DNA of 64,000 bases from Marsupella aquatica (lineage: Eukaryota > Plantae > Marchantiophyta), in the NCBI GenBank assembly GCA_973895155.1, contig OZ316899.1, forward strand, positions 6,017,241 to 6,081,240, given 5' to 3'. A program made the position numbers and the translations under genes. The notes under the pieces were generated by a model. That model was not told the origin of the DNA, made no database searches, and saw nothing but the letters and a program-made list of their open reading frames with translations. Below are positions 51,563 to 61,000 of the stretch, piece by piece (position 1 is the stretch's first letter; each line of letters opens with the position of its first letter).

Positions 51563-51759
51563 GTTGGACTCGACAATAGTAGAGGACCTGAAGCTGAAAC
51601 AAAGTGAACAATTGGGATTGCTAGGGAAGACGTTTGGCACGCAAAAACAAGAGGACAAACCCTTCTCTCTCAAGTGAACTCTAAACTGGTGGAGAGACTT
51701 GTACGTTCGTAAACCCTGGAGGTCATTTTCCCCAAGACTTATGCTTTTATTGCTTGAGG

Positions 51760-51872
51760 ACTCTTGTTGAACTCGAAAGTTATTGAGGTTTTGTATTGGT
51801 CAAGGGCTCTTGCTCAACTCCAGAGTTATTGAGGTTTTGTATTGGTCGAGGGCTCTTGCTCAACTCCAGAGT
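51760..51872. repeat. ~45-bp tandem repeat (about 2.5 units)
   Basis: ctcttgctcaactccagagttattgaggttttgtattggtc repeated. Confidence 0.85.
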
Positions 51873-51874
51873 TT

Positions 51875-52003
51875 TTGGCAAGACCGCTGATAAGAGAATG
51901 TGCAAGTTGTGAGTTATGAAAGTTGTCGGCAAGGTTCGGCGAGACCGCTGAAAGTATAATGTGCAAGGTGTGAGTTCTCAAAGATGTCGGCGAGGTTTGC
52001 TGA
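51875..52003. repeat. Palindrome cluster between the tandem F-box-like genes
   Basis: ttggcaagaccgctga, tcggcaaggttcggcgagaccgctgaa, tcggcgaggtttgctga. Confidence 0.7.
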
Positions 52004-52149
52004 GCTCAGGTTGACTGCCTTGATTAGAAGGAGTTTATTGAAAAACAAATCCGATCAACATTACAGATATATCGGAGCAATGAAATCACAATTCTACTTT
52101 CGCGAACAATCTACTTCTAAGACAATTATCGATTCCAAATAGATTCAAG

Positions 52150-52861
52150 TCAAATATCACCAGAATGAATCCCGTAGGCACTATCAGGACTATTGGGCTT
52201 CATATTTGCAAGATTGTCACACCATAACATTGGGGTTAACCTATTCTCGACCCATCCCTGGATTCTCTGGACTACATCCCCATCAAAGAAAGTTTCATAA
52301 AGATCCCTCTCGTATATTTCCATCCTCCACACATAAAATGCCACCCAAGACTTCAGTAACAAAATGGGCATCATGGAGAGGGCATCAATAGGAGGAATTT
52401 GACGCAAGAGCACACAAAACGTACACGCAATTGAATGACAAGTCCAATGTCTATTTTCCGGGATATTTTCAACTTTCTCCCTCAACACTTTCAAAGCTGC
52501 CCATACCTTTGAGTGAGTGATTAGGAATCTCCATTTCCTACGAACTCTTGATAAGACGCGGATGTTGTTGATGGTTTGGAAGGTAGCATCATCATCAATG
52601 CCATTTGAATTTGCAAATTCAAATCTATTTCGAAGTAAAGGCCAAATGTGTCGCTCTGTCAGATCATTCGGGAGACCGTAGATGAGACTCAGGGGTTTGT
52701 TGCTTTGTCACTTTCTCCCGATTCCGCATATTTTCCCATATTGAAAATCTATCAAAACTCGCTTTGGATTTCAGCTCCTCAATGTCAGCCCTAAATCTGT
52801 CAAGCCGGTAAGTGCACTTCTGATGATAATCCCCCCGCAACGTCGTATCCCTTCCTTCCAT
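52150..52861 (-). pseudogene. Tandem duplicate of the 50825-51562 F-box-like gene (frameshift near 52700)
   Basis: High nucleotide similarity (e.g. cgaagtaaaggccaaatgtgtcgctctgtcagatcat); ORFs 52664-52918 and 52150-52494 match its N- and C-terminal halves. Confidence 0.85.
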
Positions 52862-53106
52862 GGTGTAGTGTTGAATAGGAGAGATAGAGAGAGGAAGATT
52901 AAGCTTCCGATGAAACAATGACGGAGTGAAGAGTACAAAACAACCTATTGAAACCCTTTTTGCAAACCAAAAAAAGAGTTGGACTTGCTCAACCGAGTGA
53001 CCGTGACCGTCAACTGGGCTCTAAAGACTAGGATTGCTTTTAAATAGTGGAGTTCACAAATTAGGGTTTGACCTCCAAATTTGTTCAGCCTTTATGGTTT
53101 TATTCT

Positions 53107-53370
53107 TTCGACAAGATTTGCTTAGGTTCGCCAAGGTTCGCCGAGGTTCGGTGAGGTTTGGCTACATTCACCAACAATCACCTAGTGCTCGACGAGGTTT
53201 GCTGAGGGCACAAGAGGGGAGTTACTTTGTCATATACTTCTCAGCGAGGATGCTGGGTAGGGAATATAAACCCTAAACTGATACGGGTCACTGATATGAG
53301 TGACTAATATGGTGCTCCAGAGTTCAGCGAGGCCGCTGAATGAATGTACACTTTCGGCAAGGTCGCTCAG
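53107..53370. repeat. Palindrome / 10-bp tandem cluster
   Basis: (aggttcgcc[a/g]) tandem units at 53124-53160; ctcgacgaggtttgctgag 53188; perfect TTCAGCG-AGGC-CGCTGAA 53323-53340; ttcggcaaggtcgct 53353. Confidence 0.75.
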
Positions 53371-53597
53371 ACAAATAGATATCAGTGGCTGATTATTGAT
53401 AGGGTTAACAACCTCGGAGAGCTTACACTGTGGAGACTTGGTATGGCCGACAGGCTTAGAGTTCAGTAAATCTCTCTTGTGTGTTCTCGTGGACGTAGCC
53501 TCGAGGAGGTGAACCATGTATCTCTTGAGTTGACTACTTGCGCATTGGATGTGTCATGTGCTTACCATTGCAATTGTCGTCTATTCTCAACATAGTA

Positions 53598-54186
53598 TAG
53601 GTTTGGAAACTTCCTATTTTTGACTCGCCAGCCTCCCCCATCAAGGTGTGAGGGCCCTCTTTGTAAATGCACTTTCTCTTGGATCTCTCCAAAATTGCTT
53701 CCTAAATCTCCCGCCGCATGCTACCAAAGAACTCTGCATTGGTAAACCCTTAAGCCTATTGGCTCCAGAACTTTTCAACTACTACCTCTGGGTACATAGC
53801 CTGGTTGACATCCCTACCTAGTACCCATCCTGGATCCTTTCTGATCGGTTTCTCCTTAGCCGGCTCTTTTCCACTTGATTCGTCATCGTGGAATCTGACC
53901 CTCCTTTCCTTATCTCGCGTATCCCGCCTCTCTTGTTCCCGTGATTGAGACGAAGTGTCATCCTCATTGGTCTTCTTCCTTTTTGACTCAACCAAAGCAT
54001 CCCAACTAGCCTTAACCTCAACAATTATTGCATTGATCAGCACTGGATCACTCCATCCGGATTTCTCTCGAACCAGATCAACCAAGCGCTTGTAGAACTT
54101 ATCCGTTTCCGTCACGGGGCCATCCATCTCCACATTGTAAACATTTTCTTCCAAGTGTGAAGAGGACGCCTCTTCAACTCGCTTCT
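53598..54186 (-). pseudogene. Fragment of a second copy of the gypsy gag region
   Basis: ORF 53756-54154 aligns with part of 39415-42087 (NVYNVE.DGPVTETDKFYKRL..RKDPGWVLGRDV). Confidence 0.92.
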
Positions 54187-57100
54187 TGTGACGCTGCCAC
54201 CACGGCTGGTAATAAGCAATCTGGCTTAACTCGTGCTAAGCACGTACAAAGTGGACTTAGTAGTCCATAGTTATTAGCATAGCGAGACAAAATTAGTTAG
54301 TCATGATGGTTAGGACAGTTTAGTCAATAAAGAGCATTCACGCCTGGCTGGCAGCGCACCGCCGGATTATGAGCGCGTTATGGCCGTCTACCTCGGATCT
54401 TTATAACTGATCTGGGAGGTGGCCCTCTGACACGCCCTGACCTGGACCTGAGGAGTTGCCAGTACACTTTAAGCGTGAGGGACTTGGCCTATTAGAGGCA
54501 AGAAGGGCCAATTGGTCGATGCCCCACAAGGGTATAAAAGGCAAGCCCTTCCCTGCCTCTGAATTGTCAATTCACTCCTTGCGCCAGCTTTGTTAGGAGC
54601 TCCTCCATCTCCCTTAGCAACCAAGCACACCTTGCCATATGACCGACCCTATCCTGTCCAGCTCAGCTGTCCGGTTTTGGTATCAATTCCTTGCAATAAG
54701 AAGCCATTTTGCTGCTTTGCTTGCTAATATCAATCCGCGGAGGTATGCCATTGAGAGCATTTTGAATGCCGAGTCCGTTTGCTAGGCTGTTCCCACTAGA
54801 TCTATGATTTTGGACTCAACTTTGAAAGCAAGTACTGTAAGGACAAAGAGATCTATGAGCTCTTCTTTGACGGAGATAAGTACATCGGCTTTGGGGAAGC
54901 CATCCTCCGCCTCCCTGACGAGGTCTTCCAAATTCCAGGTACCATCGACCTACAACGGCACCACTTCAACAAGATTTTTGCCAAGCCCAGGCACTCGCCC
55001 AGCCGAGACATACCACGACCCAGGTGTATGGTTCAACCTCAGCTTCTATGGCATCCATCCTCCCTGGGAACAGCCAAACGCCGCCTCGGCCTCACTCAAG
55101 CCGCTCCCCACCACCGGTCGCATCGCCCGCTTGGGTATGATCCGTGGTAAACGCGGTGAACATAAGCTTGGAGGACAAGGAGGTTCATCCACCCCTTGTG
55201 TGGAGACCACCAGGGACGCACCAACATGGGGCGAGTAACATATCGCCATCCTTGCAAGCCCAAACCCGAGAGGCGGCTTTGGTGGACAACATGGTGATGG
55301 TTGCGGCACCGGCACTAGTTCTAACGGCGGTAGCACTACCCTTGCCGGATAGGGAAGATGGGGAGATGTCCCTTTCTATGAGCCACCCGAGAAACCAATC
55401 TTGGGGAAGAAAGAGGAAGGAGCCGGCTGCAGTATCCAGCTTACCCATGGCCACCGTTGTAGTGGCCAAGTTGACCATGCATCGCATGGGGGAGAATGTC
55501 CACAAGAACATCCTCCACCCTAAGCATGCGGCTTAACTGAAGACCCAAGGGTTTTAACACCTCACCGCCCTCCCTTGGAGCACTTGCAGGTACTACGGGC
55601 AAGATATGACAAAGTTCATCCAGAACTTTGATGGGGCCCGCCAACAAACCCGCATGCACGGATGGGTAATGTCCCTGAATGAAGAGCAACTAAAGCTCAT
55701 CTTTGGCCTACCCGAAGGACCAAACCGGGTGGAATCATGAGCCCCAGGGGGCAAAGGAGCAAAGTACCAAACATCTAGCTTCCCGGCTGAGGGTTTGGTG
55801 GACAACGGCTTCCTGATGAGGACATGCCTCATCTCGGAGATTGCAGAGTGGTTGGAGTTCTAGAGATATGCCATCCACATGATGGAACCGCAGGGTGAGA
55901 TATCCGCCGCCCAGGTGATCTAGGTTGAGAACTACCTGCCTAGGAAGTGGGCTTCTTTCTTCGTCAAGAAGTTCCACGAGCAGATGGAACGACAAAGGAA
56001 AACCTTGTACCTTGGGGGGAAGGCATACCTTGCAAGCCACATCAAGATCATCATTGAGTGGCACGCCCATTTCGACCAACAAACCCTCCCGAGATGCAAT
56101 GAGCCCAAACTCACCCCGCCAGGTGGGTCTTCTCGGCTCAGGAGAGGCGGCCACAACCCGAGAGCCACAGTCCAGCACCAATGGGGTCCACCCCGGCCCC
56201 ACAAAAAGCTACTGAGGCACCTTCTTCTGTGCCAGACTTGGTGATTATTGCAACCCTGGATGCCCAAAACCAGGCCCGTGCAGTCACAACCAATCGGATT
56301 GAAGCACCCGAGGCCGTAATTCTGGAGGAAGCCGCGGTACCCTTCGCGCCTGTGCAAGTGGATCCCCTTGCTGGACACCCCTCCCCCTCTACCCTCACTA
56401 CCTCGGGGTTGGACGTAACAACCCGGCCCTTGCCGGGGTAGAGGTCTGTCCTTGCCCTAACCCGACTGGGCACAGCTTGGTGAACCTGAAACTCTTTGCA
56501 CCGGGCACATATTTGAATGGGTTGTTGGGCAACTTCTCCCAATAAATTAGTAGGGAAATGGGGGAGTTCTTGGCCCGCAAGGTGGCTTACTTCTTTAGCC
56601 AAGAGCTGGTAGCGGCAGTAAAGGCAAGGCAGGCTCAAGCGGAAGCCACAACCAAGATTGAGTGATATTGGGTAGAGGCAACCCAACTATTAGATGAAGT
56701 CCCAACTCGAGAGACCAAGCTGCAACTTCTCCGGCCTTAGCTTACAACCGCTCTGGCTCAGGTTATTGACACCAAAGCCAAGTTAGCCTTGGCCATAATA
56801 GCCGGAGCTGGAAAGGACGCCGAAATCTCACAGCTTCGGGCCCAAATTGACGGCTTGAAAGGACAAGCCGTAATCTGGCAGAAGGACGTAGAGGAGGCCA
56901 ATGCTCGGGCCCAAAGGGATGCAACCAAGGTGGACGCCCTGAAAGCAGAAGTGCCATGGCTTCTACAAGAAGCCGCTAAACGAGACCAACTGGTGGCACA
57001 ACTGACGAGTGATGGCCAGCAATTGGAAGAGGCATGCCAAGAGGCCGCGGAGGAGATAGACATGGTGAAACGAGAGAACAAGTCTCTCCTGGACCAAGTC

Positions 57101-58088
57101 CAGATCCTCAAACAGGACACCGACCGGCTGAGGAGGCAACGGGATGGCCACTCCAAGTCCCACTCGGGCGGGTCTGGCAAACGTGCCAGACATTAGCGGC
57201 GCAATGATTTTAGAATAGCGTAGGTTTAGCCAAGGAAATCGGACACTACAGACAAATGCCAAAACTAGTTAGCGGCGCTGTCAACCCTCTTTTAGTATGG
57301 AATCTTAGGATAGAAACAAGCCATTTCACGGCCTCGCATTTAGCTAAAATTACAATACACTAGATTTGAGCACGTGACTGTTCCAGGCCACGGCTCTTAG
57401 TTAGTATTTAGTGCATCCCCGGTAGAAGCAGCGGGGGGACTTTAGGTTTAGAATTGGGTATGCGCGGATGTGCGGGGAGTCTCGACCGTAGTGAATGAAA
57501 GAGTACCATGGAGGGAGGGTATGACTAAGCTTGTTGGGCGAGTGCAGAGCCGGGCTCCATTGTAGTGTATGCCTTCCTGCCATTGGGCCTATTTATTCCC
57601 CCAAAAGTCCAGTCAACTCTGTATGTGTGTATGACGGATTTTTAATTAAAAGTCTTTCCCCCATCATTTCCTTTGTCTAAACCCAGATTGTATGTTGTGG
57701 AATCTGTTATGGTCATAAATCTTGTATACGGGTATAGAATGCTTGGCCAAACGCATTGTATGAGCTGCGCACGGGGCGACGACTGCAAATAGTGGTTGCA
57801 AGCCCGGGTTAGATACCCGTATCATCGGATCCGGATCGGAGGCGGACAATGCAAAGGCTTAGAAGTCCTTAAGCCGGGGTTGATCCAGTCATTAACTTAA
57901 GGTACGTTCCGGCGGTGGAACACAAAACATACCTATGATGTGTGTAGAATTAGAATCGGATGTGGTTAACGTCCAATTATGGGAATAAGTACCGTTTGCA
58001 CGTCCTCCTTGCCCAAAACCTCAATATTCACAAAGCTTATGGCCGCCTAAGCCAAAATCCGGGTAAGAGCAACTCTTTTGGCATGACA
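54187..58088 (+). mobile_element. Family B element copy 3 (3902 bp; no TSD seen)
   Basis: TGTGACGCT...GGCATGACA; collinear with B1/B2; flanks CTTCT / TAG followed by the family-A start. Confidence 0.88.
54690..57196 (+). pseudogene. Family-B gene copy 3; start approximate
   Basis: ORFs 55144, 55984, 56181 and 56789 match B2; ends SHSGGSGKRARH*. Confidence 0.82.
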
Positions 58089-58091
58089 TAG

Positions 58092-61000
58092 TGTGATGCC
58101 TAGCCAGGAATCACTGGGCTGTGTAAAAGGTAAAACCGGGTGGTATACAATAAATCCACTAGTATAAGGAGGAAAAGACGATAAAACCATACACAATTAA
58201 GGGTATACATGGAACCCGAGCCGAGGCTGGGAGTAAGAGGAGTAACGGCCACTAAGGGTCGCAATTAGGGTTAAGGCACGTTAATGCTGGCGGCTGCCGG
58301 TAATCAGTAAATGAGACGAGCAGCGCAGGCCGGACGGGGGTAAGGGAGGTTCACCCAGGAATGGCGGCTCACATTTGCACCTTGATCAAATAGAGTGCAA
58401 GCAAAAGCCAACGACTGTCAACTGCAAAGGAGAACACGGGGGCATAAGCAGCTACCAAGCAACAACAGAGGAGGGAATGAGCAACATCAATCAAGCGGCA
58501 CATTTTTGGGGATGCTTGTTTGAACGGGCAAGTGAGTATGTTGGGACCTACGAGGAGGAAGAATCCAAAAGAGCAGCCCGCAAGCGACAGGAGCTTGCTT
58601 GGCTGTGGGAATTGCATAAGTTGGCCTTCTTAGGAGGAGAGTTCATCAAGGCTTAATTCCTGTGGACACCTATTTCCAATGAGCTCGACAATCTTCTAAT
58701 TCAAGACAACAGAATTGTCGGCATCCGATAGGCCATCAACAACTGCAACGACAAACATTGGGACCTAAAGGGTTGCACGATGGCGTGGACAAAAGCAACA
58801 GTGTTGGGAGAATCATCAGGAGTGGCTAAAATGAAGAGAAAGATGGCCAACAACAAAGAAAACACACCAGAGCCACGGAACCAGAAGTTGACCCAGTCAA
58901 TGCCGTCCCTACCCGAGATGACACCTAGAACGGCTGGGCTACAATGCTACCATCGGCAGTGCAACTACATTTGCACGAGATGAGGATGCATGCTTCATAG
59001 CCATGCAGACCAAAAAGTATCAAGGCTTTATGGCCGGATCAGGCTTAGAGACCTTTGTTAGATTGTCGTGGCTGAAGCCGGAGGTGCCGGAGTTAGACTT
59101 ACTGGAATTTGTGGGATCATGGGACCACGAGTCCAGCTCAACCAAGATCTACGAGGGGGACTTCTATCTCACCTCCAACGTGATTGCCAAAGTATTTGGC
59201 TTGCCAATGGGTAACAAGGCTAAGGTAGAAACCCGGAAGAACTTGTCGGACAAGGAGTTTAGATCGTTCCCCGGGCCATCAACGAAGAATGGCTTCTTTC
59301 GCAACACTTGCACCAACCCGCATATTAGAGAAATGATTGATTTCTTGCGGGTGACAATGCATTGCAACTTGCCAAGGCCGGGGATTGGCAAAGCACAGGT
59401 TTATCTAGCAGAGAGGCCAGACCCAAGCCGGGAGTACAACGGGTATCTCCTCAACCAACTAAGGAAGATACTGAAGGAGGAACAATAGGTGATCATCCAA
59501 GGGAGCGTGTCCCGGCTAAGTATCACATGCCGTTGTTGTGCCGGTATGCCCGGAGTCAAATCTTTGCCCCAATCCTTCCCCTGCAGGTGCAATGCATCCC
59601 ATGGCTCCCTAAACCCAAGAAACCCCCCTACACAAGCCGATTCCCGTAAGTTTTGCTCTCAGCGAGGCCGGTTCCACGGCTTAGCGGCATGGGACGCTGC
59701 TAAACTATTCTACTAACATTTTACACAGATATACTGGACAGATCCTTCATCGGGTCATGAGATAAGTAGCCGGCCTATTCTATGCCTTCCCTTCTCTTCC
59801 TCCCCTGGTCTTCCTTTAGGTATGTTTGGATTCCGCCACCGGAATGATCCCCAATTGGCTTGGGTTAGCCGCTAAGACCTCTCTCAGCTTGACACATCCA
59901 ACTCTTACTACCTTGCTTACTTCCCTTCTCTCTTGGTTGATGTGGGCAATCTTCAAACAAGTTAATGCGACACACAAATAGCAAAATGACTCCTTCTGAC
60001 TGAGTTATACCATGCACTTGCCATACAAACAGTACTTCTCATACACAAGATCTGCGAACTAAGCCGTGAGGCCAACTCTATTTAGCTCTTAGGCATGAGG
60101 AAACATGAATATACACAAGGGTCACTATATAACTAACCAAGAGCTTCTTCTACTACTTGATCCCAGCCCTGCTGGTGCACTAAAAACTTGCTAAAGAAGA
60201 AGGCCCTGAACTCCCCGTTGCCCAAGTACTTATCCTGGCAGTGGATCCTCCTAATTCCTTGCAGCATAAGCCTAATCTATCATATTTGTAATCTACCTAT
60301 GTACACTAAGGCAAGAGCACAAGTGTTGCTCTTACCAGCGGATCCGCAATCCCACTAATCTAAGTGTCAGGGCCGCCTCTTGGTCCTGATCCTAATTCTA
60401 AACTCGGAGATTTGCGCCCGCCCTGCCCATTCACGCCTCCTCCCTCCACGTCCGCCCTCCTTAAAAGGAGCGACCCTCCACCACCGTCATGGTAACGGTG
60501 GGTGATCCTCAATGGACGCCCCCAATGCTTCCTCCGCAGCCACTGCCGTAGATCCGTCCTCTAACAGATTACCTGCCCCAGACCGAGTCAACTCTCCCGC
60601 AGCCTAACTGGGTCCACCCTCGACTTTGGCCTCAGCTTTGGCTACGGCCTCAAATCCGGCCTGCTCTAGTGGTGGATCCGGTACCCCGGCTTCATCAATG
60701 ATTGTCCCGGCCTTGGCCTTGCCATCCCTGCCTTCTAGGATAGTTGAATCCCCTATCGTGACCTTGCCTGAGGCTGGTGCTGTGTTCTCCTCCTTGGTCA
60801 CGGTGGCTTGAGAAGCCGCGTTGCTCCCTGACCCGGAAGGTTTTTTCTTCTTCTTCTTCCCTTGCTCGGCAGCTGGTCCCTTCCCCTTGCCACTTACCTC
60901 CGGCACCGGTGCGAGTGTCGCGGCTTGTCCCTCGACCAGTACTACCCCTGGCAACTTTGTTGCCACAATTGGAGTTTGAACTGATGAAGCCAAGCACTTA

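Noticed and set aside
37518-53370. Palindrome clusters as a CRISPR array or integron attC sites
   Set aside because: Irregular spacing, degenerate units, no cas or integrase genes, and a eukaryotic intron-containing context.
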